From positions 288,001 to 352,000 of the forward strand of contig CAWCFX010000004.1 in NCBI GenBank assembly GCA_963795085.1: 64,000 nt of DNA, in the 5' to 3' direction. Below the pieces are notes generated by a model, which had not been told where the DNA came from, made no database searches, and saw only the letters and a program-made list of their open reading frames with translations. Numbering within the stretch: the stretch's first letter is position 1; each line of letters opens with the position of its first letter. Position numbers and translations under genes: made by a program. Shown here piece by piece: positions 9,300-20,162 of the stretch. Origin of the DNA: an uncultured Gemmatimonadales bacterium. GTDB taxonomy: Bacteria; Gemmatimonadota; Gemmatimonadetes; Gemmatimonadales; GWC2-71-9.

Positions 9300-10571
9300 G
9301 TGGCTTCCATCTGGCTCAAGGATATCGCCGCTACGGAGGAATCCGTGCCGCCCCTGCCGGCCCGCGCCGATGTGGTGGTGATCGGCGGCGGCTATACCGG
9401 CGTGGCCGCCGCGCTGGCGCTCGCCGCAGCGGGAGCGAGCGTAACGGTGCTGGACCGGGAGGCGATGGGCTTTGGGGCCAGCACCCGGAACGGGGGGTTC
9501 GTGCTTCCCGGGTTCAAGCGGGAGTACTCCGCGCTGCGGCGCGCCTGGGGCCAGGACGCGGCCCGGCGGCTCTTCCTGGAGTCCCTGGAATCCATCGTCT
9601 CGCTCGAGTCGCTCATCGCGGCAGAGTCCGTGGATTGCGATTTCCGGCGGGTGGGCCATATCACGCTCGCCGAAACGGCCGGCCAGCTACGGTCGCTCGA
9701 TACGGAGCGCACACTGCTCGCCGGTTCAGCCGGCCATGCCACGCACCTGTTGGAATCATCCGACCTGGGCCAGGAGATCGGGTCGCCGCGCTACCTCGGC
9801 GGGCTCCTCGATCCGGCGGCCGGTTCGCTGCACCCGGCCCGGTTGTTTGCCGGGCTGCTCCGGGCGGCGGTGCGGCGGGGGGCGGTCGCGCTGGCTCGAA
9901 CCGAGGCCACCCGGATCGAAGGGACTCCCGGCAAGTTCGTGGTCCATACAAGTCGCGGCCCGATTCCCGGCGCGCACGTGCTGGTCGCCACCAACGGGTA
10001 CAGCGGCCCGGTCCACCGGGGGTTTCGCCGCCGGGTGGTCCCCGTGGGCAGCCATATCATTGCCACCGCGCCGCTGGCCCCGGAGCTGGCCCGGGATCTC
10101 ATTCCACGCCAGCGCGTGCTGAGCGACAGCCGCCACCTGCTGCACTACTTCCGAATGTCGTACGATGGCCGGCTGATCTTCGGCGGCCGGGCGTCCTTCC
10201 GCACGGCGGGGGGAGAGTCGGACCCGGTGGCGGCCGCCGTCCTTCGCGAGGACATGGTGTCGGTGTTTCCCCAGCTTCACGGCTGTCCGGTCGAACGGAC
10301 CTGGTCGGGGAACGTGGCCTTTACCCGCGACCGGATGCCTCACCTGGGCCGGCTGGACGGGGTATATGCGGCGGGCGGGTATTGCGGACACGGGGTCGCC
10401 ATGGCCATATACCTTGGCACCCGGGCCGGGGAGCACCTTGCCCGCGGCGCTGCGCTTCCTTTCCTGAGCACCCTGAGTTTCCCGGCGGTGCCGCTCTACA
10501 CCGGCCGGCCCTGGTTTCTTCCCCTGGCCGGTGCCTGGTACCGGCTGCTGGATTGGACGGCGCGCCGCTGA
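9300..10571 (+). CDS. FAD-dependent oxidoreductase, PuuB/OrdL-like (gamma-glutamylputrescine oxidase family)
   Basis: VVVIGGGYTG, GASTRNGG, VATNGY, GYCGHGV; GTG start at 9300 after GGAGAGG; polyamine gene context. Confidence 0.85.
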   Translation: MASIWLKDIAATEESVPPLPARADVVVIGGGYTGVAAALALAAAGASVTVLDREAMGFGASTRNGGFVLPGFKREYSALRRAWGQDAARRLFLESLESIVSLESLIAAESVDCDFRRVGHITLAETAGQLRSLDTERTLLAGSAGHATHLLESSDLGQEIGSPRYLGGLLDPAAGSLHPARLFAGLLRAAVRRGAVALARTEATRIEGTPGKFVVHTSRGPIPGAHVLVATNGYSGPVHRGFRRRVVPVGSHIIATAPLAPELARDLIPRQRVLSDSRHLLHYFRMSYDGRLIFGGRASFRTAGGESDPVAAAVLREDMVSVFPQLHGCPVERTWSGNVAFTRDRMPHLGRLDGVYAAGGYCGHGVAMAIYLGTRAGEHLARGAALPFLSTLSFPAVPLYTGRPWFLPLAGAWYRLLDWTARR

Positions 10572-10604
10572 GAGCGGCACCAGGCCAACTCGATCGGGGA
10601 CATC

Positions 10605-11747
10605 ATGAGCCCACGGCAGGAAGCCAGCGATCTGGTCCACGCGCTCGAGAGCGGCGCCATTACCCGGCGCGCATTCGTGCTGCGGGCCGCGGCGCTGGGC
10701 CTCAGCCTGGGGACTATCGGCCTGGTCCTCGGCGCCTGCCGGGGCAAGGCCGAGCCGCCCGCCGCCGAGGCGGACCTGGGACCCATCGGCACCGCACTCA
10801 GCATCTACAACTGGTCGGACTATATCGCGAAAGAAGCCATCACCGGCTTCGAGAAGGAGTTCGGGGTCAGGGTCTCCTACAACACGTACGAAAGCAACGA
10901 GGAACTGGCCGCCAAGCTGCAGACCGGCATCTCGCCCTATGACCTGGCGGTGCCCTCCGGTTACCTGGTGCCCGCGCTGGCGGCGGCCGGCCTCCTCGCC
11001 CCGCTCAACCGCCAGTACCTCACCAACTGGGACAATATCTCGCCCCTGTTCCTTGACCTGGGCAGCGACCCGGGGAACCGGTACTCGGTGCCCTGGCAGT
11101 GGGGCACGACCGGGGTGGCCTACCGGAGCGACAAGCTGGCCGCACCCCCGGCCAGCTGGGGCGTTTTCCAGGATCCCCGCTATCGGCGGCGGATGACGAT
11201 GATGGACGAGGGGCGCGAAGTGATCGGGGCCTGGCTCCGCTACCGGGGCCATTCCGTGAACAGCGTGAGCGGGCCGGAACTCGACGCGGCACGCGCCGAT
11301 GGCCTGGCGGCCGCCGGTCACCTGGCGGGCTTCGTATCGGGACCGGTCAAGGACCGCCTGGTCTCCGGCGAAATCTGGGTCGCCCAGCTCTGGAACGGCG
11401 ACACCACCCAGGCCCGGGTCCGCGAACCGGCGATCGCTTATGCCCTGCCCGCGGAGGGCGGCACGATCTGGACCGATTCCCTGGTGGTCCCCCGGTCCGC
11501 GCCCCACAAGCGGGCCGCGCACGAGTTCCTGAACTACATCCTGCGGCCCGACGTGGCCGCTTCCATTTCCAACGCCACCGGCTATGGATCCCCCAACGCG
11601 AAGGCGGTGCTGGACCAGCCGGTGCCTTTCCCCGCGCCGGATGAACTCTCCCGCCTGGAATACCAGGCCGACCTGGGTGAGAAGTCCTATCTCTGGGACC
11701 TCATCTGGTCGGACATCCGGGCCCACGGAGCCGGCTCACTCTCCTGA
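10605..11747 (+). CDS. Spermidine/putrescine-binding protein (PotD/PotF family) with twin-arginine signal and lipobox
   Basis: YNWSDYI, YESNEE, YSVPWQWGTTG, WNGD, EGGTIWTDS; TRRAFV and LGAC in the leader. Confidence 0.9.
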   Translation: MSPRQEASDLVHALESGAITRRAFVLRAAALGLSLGTIGLVLGACRGKAEPPAAEADLGPIGTALSIYNWSDYIAKEAITGFEKEFGVRVSYNTYESNEELAAKLQTGISPYDLAVPSGYLVPALAAAGLLAPLNRQYLTNWDNISPLFLDLGSDPGNRYSVPWQWGTTGVAYRSDKLAAPPASWGVFQDPRYRRRMTMMDEGREVIGAWLRYRGHSVNSVSGPELDAARADGLAAAGHLAGFVSGPVKDRLVSGEIWVAQLWNGDTTQARVREPAIAYALPAEGGTIWTDSLVVPRSAPHKRAAHEFLNYILRPDVAASISNATGYGSPNAKAVLDQPVPFPAPDELSRLEYQADLGEKSYLWDLIWSDIRAHGAGSLS

Positions 11748-11761
11748 ACGGACCCCCGCCC

Positions 11762-13102
<1,341 letters not shown>

Positions 13103-13108
<6 letters not shown>

Positions 13109-13174
13109 GGGAATTGAGGGAATTGAGGGAAGGTGAGGAGTGGATCCCGTCCCCAATTCCCTCAATTCTCCTCC
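13103..13174. repeat. Nonamer tandem repeat (AATTGAGGG x3) plus inverted copies, forming a hairpin between convergent genes
   Basis: AATTGAGGG at 13103, 13112 and 13121; complementary CCCCAATTCCCTCAATTC at 13151-13168. Confidence 0.85.
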
Positions 13175-13181
13175 ACCGCTC

Positions 13182-14003
13182 TCAGTCTCCGCTGGCCCAG
13201 CTCAGCGTCACCCCGAACCAGAGCTTGACGCTTTCGTCCGGCTTGCTGGGTTTGTTGAACTTGGTGTACTCATCGCCGCTGAACTGGACGTGCAGGGCCG
13301 GGCTGATCGCGAACGGTCCGGCCATGAACTCGGTGGAGGCGGAGAGGTCCACGTGGGTGAGCCCGTTGCCGGAGAAGTTGGCCGATTCCGACGGGTCGCT
13401 GTCGTTGACGCCCTGGCCGGCGCTGAGCCCGGCCAGCGCGCCGAGGGAGAGGGAGACGGATTCCGAGAGGGGAATCCCGTATCCGATACTCCCCTCGAGA
13501 TACAGCCCCTTGATCTTGTCCACGTCGTAGTACGCGGCAACCTGCGGCGAGAGGACGTGAGCCAGGCCCAGCCGGGCGTAGATTTCCAGGGTATTGGCAT
13601 CGCTGGTCAGGCCGGGGGGATCGTTGGGGTAGAGGTACCCGACGGCGCCCAGCCCGAGCTCCACGTCCCCGAAGGCATGGGTGTATTCAATCCAGGGATC
13701 GAACTCGCTGACATCGGGACCCCCCTCCCCGCCGCCCAGGCTGACCTCGTCGGCGCCATCGTACTTGCCCAACTCCACGTTGCTCCATCCGCCGAGCGTG
13801 AAGGCGCCGTTCTCCCCCACGGGAAAGGACAGCCAGAGATCCGGCTGGATCACCGGCTTGCTGGTGAGGGTGAGCCCGCGCCAGACATACGCGCTGAATA
13901 CGCCTACGTCAATGCCGACCGATACCTGGGCGGATGCGGCCGGCGCGCCCAGCATCAGGGCGGCCGCACTCAACATCAGGCTACACCGGGAGGAGCGGAG
14001 CAT
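13182..14003 (-). CDS. Outer-membrane beta-barrel protein, TorF/Gcw_chp-like
   Basis: Signal peptide ending ASA-Q; SAYVWRGLT..PVIQP motif; C-terminal LWFGVTLSW strand. Confidence 0.8.
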   Translation of the reverse strand: MLRSSRCSLMLSAAALMLGAPAASAQVSVGIDVGVFSAYVWRGLTLTSKPVIQPDLWLSFPVGENGAFTLGGWSNVELGKYDGADEVSLGGGEGGPDVSEFDPWIEYTHAFGDVELGLGAVGYLYPNDPPGLTSDANTLEIYARLGLAHVLSPQVAAYYDVDKIKGLYLEGSIGYGIPLSESVSLSLGALAGLSAGQGVNDSDPSESANFSGNGLTHVDLSASTEFMAGPFAISPALHVQFSGDEYTKFNKPSKPDESVKLWFGVTLSWASGD

Positions 14004-14111
14004 GTTCTCTCCTTAGAGGGAAATAGGCGTTGGTCTATTGCGGAACGTCCACTACTATGCGGTGCGCTGGCTAATAAGTCCAGCAGGCATAAGGCGTTAC
14101 CCGGCGCACGG

Positions 14112-14127
14112 CGGCGCGACTATTGCA
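14112..14127 (+). promoter_or_regulatory. Candidate sigma-54 promoter for the HEAT gene
   Basis: CGGCGCGACTATTGCA: GG-N10-GC with TTGCA at -12, about 45 nt upstream of the ATG. Confidence 0.45.
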
Positions 14128-14170
14128 TGAATGCGGAGTCCCCTGACCCCTGGCCCATTGACGTGGAACC

Positions 14171-15535
14171 ATGATCCCTGTTCGGCCTGCCAATCCGTTT
14201 AGCGCTCTTTTCACCACCTATTTTGGCCAACTGGTGGTGCTGTTGCGCCGGCAACCGGATGATGTAAGCGCCCAGAAAGGTGCCTTGCGGAGCGCCATGG
14301 CGGTCCTCCGGCATGGGCCGGTGCGGATCGAGGCTGGCATCGAGTACTCCGACGTCCTGGACGACGCCACCCTCAAAGGCCGGCTCCTGGCCCGGTATGT
14401 GGACTACATCGAGTGCGGGGCCGATTCGCCCGCCGCCGAGGTGCTGGAACTGGCCCGGGCGCTGGCCGCCGATACGGGACCGATTCCCCAGAGCGTGTTG
14501 ACCCGGGTCGAACTGGTCACCATCCCCGGGATGGCCCGGGTTTCCGACGCGGTGGCCGCGCCTCCCACCCCGCCATCGGCCGGACGGCAGCGAACCATGT
14601 CCGGGCCGGTGGGCAACGCGGAGCAGCTGGCAGCCGCGCTCGAGCGGGCGATCACGACCGGGTTCTGGATGGAGGCCGTCCATGCTGCCCAGGCCCTGAT
14701 CCGGCTCACCCCTCAGTTTCCGGAGCACGAACAGCGCGCCCACCTGCTCGCCCTGCGGCGCGCTTTCACCCGGCCGATCCTCGAACAATTCATCGCCTTT
14801 GCCATGCGGGCCACCGAAGAACAGGCCCGGGTGGCCGAAATCCTCAGTTACGGGGGACCGGAAGCCATCGAGCTGATGGTGGACCAGGTTCGGGGTGGCG
14901 AGGTGATCGGTCCCCGAAAGTTCCTCTATGACGTGCTGGTGGCCACGCCGGCCTCGCTGCCCCTGCTGCTGCCGCTGCTGGAAAGTCCGGTGTGGTATGA
15001 AGTGCGGCACGCCGCCGACCTGGTGAGCCGGCTGGGCGCGGCAGAAGCGATTGACCCGCTTCGGCGGGCCCTCAAGCATCCGGACCCCCGGGTGCGCCAG
15101 GCGGTGGTCGAGGCGCTGGGCCGGTTCCCCGGCAAGGAAGTGGTAGAACCGATTCGGCGAACCCTGGGAGACCCCGACCCGGGTCCCCGAGCGAGTGCCG
15201 CGTTCGCCCTGGCCCAGCGGCATTCGCCCGGCTTGGCGCTGCCGATCCTGGTCGCGCTGGAATCAGAGAAGGACCCGGATGCGTGGAACGCGCTGGTCGA
15301 GGCGCTGGCCCGGATTGACTCCCCGGAGGCGGTCTCCTCGCTCGCGGGGATGGCCCTGGGCAAGCGTTCGCTGCTCCGACCGGGCCGGTCCATGGGGCAG
15401 CGGCTGGAGATTATCCGGGCGCTGGCCCGGGCGGGGACGCCCGGCGCGCGCGGTGCGCTGGAGAGAATTGCGGCGGAGGGAACGGCCCAGATCCAGAGCG
15501 CGGCGGCTGCCGCGCTCCAGGATCCGCAGCGCTAG
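14171..15535 (+). CDS. HEAT-repeat (PBS-lyase-like) protein
   Basis: Repeats such as LKHPDPRVRQAVVEALG and LGDPDPGPRASAAFALA in the C-terminal half. Confidence 0.85.
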   Translation: MIPVRPANPFSALFTTYFGQLVVLLRRQPDDVSAQKGALRSAMAVLRHGPVRIEAGIEYSDVLDDATLKGRLLARYVDYIECGADSPAAEVLELARALAADTGPIPQSVLTRVELVTIPGMARVSDAVAAPPTPPSAGRQRTMSGPVGNAEQLAAALERAITTGFWMEAVHAAQALIRLTPQFPEHEQRAHLLALRRAFTRPILEQFIAFAMRATEEQARVAEILSYGGPEAIELMVDQVRGGEVIGPRKFLYDVLVATPASLPLLLPLLESPVWYEVRHAADLVSRLGAAEAIDPLRRALKHPDPRVRQAVVEALGRFPGKEVVEPIRRTLGDPDPGPRASAAFALAQRHSPGLALPILVALESEKDPDAWNALVEALARIDSPEAVSSLAGMALGKRSLLRPGRSMGQRLEIIRALARAGTPGARGALERIAAEGTAQIQSAAAAALQDPQR

Positions 15536-16173
15536 CGGGGATGCACTCCCAGGGACTCCAGGTGCAGGCTGAGGTTGTGATTGGCGCGCAGGCCCACCAC
15601 GCCCCTGGTGTCCACCTGGGCGGCCGGCACGGTATGCACCGGCTTACCGTTGACCATGAAGGTCACCGAGTCGGCGCCCACTTCGAAACTCAGTTCATTC
15701 TCCACCGGTCCGTCGGTCTTGCCCTTGACGATGGCTTCGCTGTCGGTCCAGTTCACCACGGTGGACGTCTCGGCCCCGGTCCGGCGCTTGATGAGAAACT
15801 TGCCGTCGCCACGAACCAGGAAATAGGTATAGCTCACCGTGGGGCCGGAGAGATTCTGGCCGCCCAGGAACAGTCCGTAGCCCTCGTGGTGTCCGGCACC
15901 GGGGAAGAGGTGCACCTTGGCCACCGCGTGGACCGGCCCGGTCGCCCGGTCGGTTTCGCGGTAGAGGATCACGGCGGGCCCCGTGGTCAGGTGCCAGCCC
16001 GGCGCCATGACCTCATACTTGAGGTTGGTCAGCGGGCCGCCGTTGTCGGTGCGGGCGCTCCACCCGGCGGGCAGTGCGCCGCCCGCGACGTTGCGGTCGT
16101 GATCGTCGTGCTGCTGGGCGGCCAGGGGGCCGGTGGCCAGGGCCAGCGCTGCTAGGGCAAGGGTAACTCGCAT
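15532..16173 (-). CDS. Secreted beta-sandwich (ConA/lectin-like) hypothetical protein
   Basis: Signal peptide MRVTLALAALALATGPLAAQ; SD GAGG; beta-rich body (YGLFLGG, YTYFLVRGDGKFLIK, FMVNG). Confidence 0.75.
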   Translation of the reverse strand: MRVTLALAALALATGPLAAQQHDDHDRNVAGGALPAGWSARTDNGGPLTNLKYEVMAPGWHLTTGPAVILYRETDRATGPVHAVAKVHLFPGAGHHEGYGLFLGGQNLSGPTVSYTYFLVRGDGKFLIKRRTGAETSTVVNWTDSEAIVKGKTDGPVENELSFEVGADSVTFMVNGKPVHTVPAAQVDTRGVVGLRANHNLSLHLESLGVHPR

Positions 16174-16293
16174 ATGAACCTCTGGGGTCAGGCAGGTTGA
16201 GTGAGGGTCCCGGTCCGCCGGACGCTTGCGAAACCCGGGGTTACGACAGTAATCTACCGCTCGGACCGGCGCCACTCACGGGAGCTCTTGATC

Positions 16294-16464
16294 ATGTTTG
16301 ATGTTCTCTTTGTTCTCTTCGCCGCTATTGGTGCCGCCCTCATCCTGGGCGCGCTGACCTACGTCACCCTCCTCATCGGCGGGCTGGTCAACGGCATGGT
16401 GGTTCTCCTGGCCGGGCCGATCATCGACCGCATTATCGAAAAGCGAAAGGCCCGTACCGCCTAG
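16294..16464 (+). CDS. Small membrane protein (56 aa)
   Basis: GGAG SD, then MFDVLFVLFAAIGAALILGALTYVTLLIGG...KRKARTA (hydrophobic body, basic tail). Confidence 0.6.
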   Translation: MFDVLFVLFAAIGAALILGALTYVTLLIGGLVNGMVVLLAGPIIDRIIEKRKARTA

Positions 16465-16826
16465 CTCGACGCCCCGCCCGACCCGGTCTCGCCCTGCGGC
16501 GTACTCGCCGTTTTTCTTGCCCCATCACAGTTGATTCGAAGCCCGGCCAGCCCCTCGCGAAGTCCGCGAATCCGGGTTTGCAGCCCCCCGGTCCGCCGGG
16601 CCAGGCTGCCCATGTTCGCAGCCGCCTGGGCGACGGCGCTCAAACCCAGGCCCGCCGAGCCGGATTTGAGTTCGTCCAACTGGCGCACCAGGCTGCGTGC
16701 GGCAGATTCGGCTTCGGAGGGGGAGGTCAGTTTCTCGACCAGGGACTGGATCCGCTGGATCTTCGGAACCTGGGAGTCCAGGTAGGCGAGTTGAGCCTGC
16801 TGTCGGGCGGAAAGTTTAACGGCCAT
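16461..16826 (-). CDS. Four-helix protein resembling an HPt domain but lacking the His
   Basis: LVRQLDELKSGSAGLGLSAVAQAAANM resembles the HPt core (H-x-L-K-G-x-A-G-x-x-G); the protein contains no His. Confidence 0.6.
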   Translation of the reverse strand: MAVKLSARQQAQLAYLDSQVPKIQRIQSLVEKLTSPSEAESAARSLVRQLDELKSGSAGLGLSAVAQAAANMGSLARRTGGLQTRIRGLREGLAGLRINCDGARKTASTPQGETGSGGASS

Positions 16827-16881
16827 GGGCGGAGAGTAAGCCCGGCAGGAGGGTGGGGCAACGCAGTACTAAGGGAATCCC

Positions 16882-16910
16882 TTGCTTTTTCGGCCTTTGT
16901 TCGGTATAGT
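16882..16910 (+). promoter_or_regulatory. Sigma-70 promoter of the RND operon
   Basis: TTGCTT-N17-TATAGT. Confidence 0.7.
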
Positions 16911-17068
16911 GCCGCCCCTCGGCCTGGGCCAGTCGATTTCTTCCCGGTGATTTCGTCGCGACCCAGACCGAGTAGATTGTCCGGTTCCGCAAAACTTCTG
17001 TAAAGTGGTACCGTACGTTGCCTGACGACTGCCGCCGGCGGTCGCACCTGATCCAGCCTGGACCTGTC

Positions 17069-20000
17069 ATGAAACTCTCCGATATCGCCATTGAGCGCCC
17101 GGTCTTCGCCGGCATGATGAGTGCGGCCCTCGTGCTCTTCGGTATCCTCGGCTACAGCCGGCTGTCGGTGCGGGAATTCCCTGACGTGGATCCGCCCATC
17201 ATCTCGGTGAACACCGTGCTTCCGGGAGCGAACCCCCAGGTGGTGGAGTCGGCGGTCACCGACATTCTCGAGGAAGAGCTGAGCACCGTCGAAGGGCTCC
17301 GGACCATCACCAGTTCAAGTGCGGAGCAGTCCAGCAGCATCACCCTGGAGTTCAACCTCGACCGGGATGTCGAATCAGCCGCGCAGGACGTGCGGGACAA
17401 GGTGTCCCGGGTTCGGGGCCGCCTGCCGGAGGAAATCCTGGAGCCGGTGGTGGCGAAGCAGGAAGCGGACGCGGATCCTTTCTTCTGGCTCGCGCTCTCC
17501 GGTGCCAACTACGACCTGCTTCAGCTATCCGACCTGGCGGACCGCCTGGTCAAGAGCCGGCTGCAGACGCTCCCCGGCGTCGGCCAGGCGGGCATCTACG
17601 GCGAGCGCCGTTTTGCCATGCGGGTCTGGCTTTCGGCCGCCGAGCTGGCCGGCCGGGGTCTCACCGTGCAGGATGTTGAAAACGCGATCCGGACCCGGAG
17701 CGTGGAGATTCCCTCCGGGCGTATCGAGTCGGAGCGGCGGGAGTTCAGCGTACGCTCGCTGGGAGAACTCAAGACCCCGGCCGAATTCGCGGACATGGTC
17801 GTGGACAACAGTTCCGGGCAGCTGGTCCGGCTGCGGGACGTGGGCTCCGTCGAGCTGGGGCCGGAGGATGAGCGGAGCGCCCTCCGCTACAACAGCACGC
17901 CGGCGGTCGCCATCGGGGTCATCCGCCAGTCCAAGTCCAACCTGGTCGAGGTCGCCGATGCGATCCATGCGGAGCTGCCGGCGATCCGGGAGAACCTGCC
18001 GCCCGGGGTGGAGTTGTCCGTCGCGTTCGACCAGTCGGTCTTCGTCCGCCGCTCCATCAAGGAGGCCCAGGAGACGCTGGTCATCGCGGGCATCCTGGTC
18101 GTCATCATCATCTTCGTGTTCCTGCGCAACCTGCGGGCGACCATCATTCCCGGCCTGGCCATCCCCGCGTCCATCGTCGCGACGTTCGCGATCATGAACG
18201 TGCTGGGTTTCTCCATCAACAACCTCACGCTGCTGGCGCTCACCCTGGCGATCGGCATCGTGGTGGACGATGCCATCATCGTGCTGGAAAACGCCTATCG
18301 CCACCAGGAAGAACTGGGCGAGGATCCCAAGACCGCCGCCATCCGGGGCACCCGCGAAATCGCCTTTGCCGTCATTGCGACGACGATCTCGCTGGTCGCT
18401 GTCTTCACGCCGCTGGCCTTTCTCAAGGGCGCCACCGGCCGGCTGTTCAACGAGTTCGGGATCGCGGTCGCCGGCTCGGTGGTCATCTCCGGGTTCGTGG
18501 CGCTGACCCTGACCCCGATGCTTTGCGCCCAGATCCTGCGAGTTCCCAAGCAGCACGGCAAGACATTCAAAGCGCTGGAGCGCGGCTTTGAATCGCTTTC
18601 CCTGGGATATGCCCGGATGCTGCGATGGGCGCTCAACCACAAGGGGATCATCATGGCTGGCGCCCTGGCGACGGTCCTGCTGGCCGTTGGGATGTTCAAA
18701 GTGCTGAAACGGGAGTTTGTGCCGGCCGAGGACAAGGGCTGGTTCTTCATGTTCGTGCTGGGGCCCCAGGGCAACACCATGGAGTTCACCGACAGCTACA
18801 TGAAGCGGGTGGAGGAAGTGCTGGCGCGGACCGAGGAAATCGAGGGCTACTTCTCCATTACCGGGGGATTCGTTCCCGTCAACCAGGGGATTGCCTTTGT
18901 CCGGCTCAAGGACTGGGCCGACCGGGATCGCAAGGTCTGGGACATCATCAACGAGGTGCAGCCCCAGCTGTTCGGGATTCCCGGGGTGCTTGCATTCGCC
19001 AACAATCCACCCGCTTTCGGCTTCGGCCAGCCGGTGCAGTTCGTGGTGCAGCACTCCGACTTTGACCAGCTGAAAGCGGGCATGGCGGCCTTCACGGCCC
19101 GGGCTCAGCAGATCCCCGGGCTGACCAACCAGGACGTGGATCTCCGGGTCAACAAGCCGGAACTCACCGTCACCTTCGACCGGGACCGGGCCGAAGATCT
19201 CGGCATCTCGGTACGCGACATCGCCACGACCCTTCAGACCATGCTGGGGGGGCGCGAGGTCAGCACCTTTACCCGGGCCAACAAGCTGTATGATGTCATC
19301 GTCCAGGTCCGCCCCGAGGAGCGGGCGACGCCGGCCGACATGAGCGGCTTATACATCCGGGGCCGCCAGGGAGAACTGATCCAGCTCGACGCGGTCGCCC
19401 GGGTCAGCGAAGCGGTCGGGCCCCAGTCGCTCAACCACTTCAACCGGGTGCGCGCGTTTACTCTCTCCGCCGGGCTCGCGCCCGGTTTCACGCTGGGCGA
19501 GGCCATCGATTCGCTCCGTGCGGCGGCAGCCGAGGTCCTGCCTCCCGGAAGCACGACCGCGCTGGCCGGCGAGTCCCGGGAGCTCGAGGAAAGCGGAAAC
19601 GCCCTGTACTTCGCCTTCTTTCTGGCGCTCATCGTGGTGTTCATGGTCCTGGCGTCGCAGTTCGAGTCGCTGATCCACCCATTCACGGTGCTGTTGGCGG
19701 TTCCACTGGCCGTCACCGGGGCGCTGGTCACGCTCAAGCTGGCGGGGTCGACCATGAATCTCTACAGCCAGATCGGCCTCATCCTGCTGATCGGCATCGT
19801 GACCAAGAACTCCATCCTCCTGGTCGAGTACGCCAACCAGCTCCGCGACCGAGGCATGGACATCGTGTCGGCCATCCTGGAATCGGGCCGGATCCGGCTG
19901 CGTCCGATTCTCATGACGTCCTTCGCGACAATCATGGGAGCGTTGCCGATTGCCCTCGGGCTGGGCGCCGGTTCCATCAGCCGCCGTCCGCTGGGCTACG

Positions 20001-20137
20001 GCATCGTGGGGGGGGTGCTCTTCTCGACCGTGCTCACGCTCTTTCTCGTTCCGGTGGGGTACGTCCTGCTCGACCGGCTGGCCCGGAAGCCGTCCCCGGA
20101 GTCGGCCGCCAACGAGCCCGCCGAGGTGACAGCCTGA
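17069..20137 (+). CDS. RND efflux transporter permease (AcrB/AcrD/AcrF family)
   Basis: IAIERPV, EFPDVDPP, GIVVDDAIIVLEN, TKNSILLVE, RLRPILMT; ATG at 17069. Confidence 0.95.
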   Translation: MKLSDIAIERPVFAGMMSAALVLFGILGYSRLSVREFPDVDPPIISVNTVLPGANPQVVESAVTDILEEELSTVEGLRTITSSSAEQSSSITLEFNLDRDVESAAQDVRDKVSRVRGRLPEEILEPVVAKQEADADPFFWLALSGANYDLLQLSDLADRLVKSRLQTLPGVGQAGIYGERRFAMRVWLSAAELAGRGLTVQDVENAIRTRSVEIPSGRIESERREFSVRSLGELKTPAEFADMVVDNSSGQLVRLRDVGSVELGPEDERSALRYNSTPAVAIGVIRQSKSNLVEVADAIHAELPAIRENLPPGVELSVAFDQSVFVRRSIKEAQETLVIAGILVVIIIFVFLRNLRATIIPGLAIPASIVATFAIMNVLGFSINNLTLLALTLAIGIVVDDAIIVLENAYRHQEELGEDPKTAAIRGTREIAFAVIATTISLVAVFTPLAFLKGATGRLFNEFGIAVAGSVVISGFVALTLTPMLCAQILRVPKQHGKTFKALERGFESLSLGYARMLRWALNHKGIIMAGALATVLLAVGMFKVLKREFVPAEDKGWFFMFVLGPQGNTMEFTDSYMKRVEEVLARTEEIEGYFSITGGFVPVNQGIAFVRLKDWADRDRKVWDIINEVQPQLFGIPGVLAFANNPPAFGFGQPVQFVVQHSDFDQLKAGMAAFTARAQQIPGLTNQDVDLRVNKPELTVTFDRDRAEDLGISVRDIATTLQTMLGGREVSTFTRANKLYDVIVQVRPEERATPADMSGLYIRGRQGELIQLDAVARVSEAVGPQSLNHFNRVRAFTLSAGLAPGFTLGEAIDSLRAAAAEVLPPGSTTALAGESRELEESGNALYFAFFLALIVVFMVLASQFESLIHPFTVLLAVPLAVTGALVTLKLAGSTMNLYSQIGLILLIGIVTKNSILLVEYANQLRDRGMDIVSAILESGRIRLRPILMTSFATIMGALPIALGLGAGSISRRPLGYGIVGGVLFSTVLTLFLVPVGYVLLDRLARKPSPESAANEPAEVTA

Positions 20138-20162
20138 TGAATCCTTCAATCCCGATACTGGT

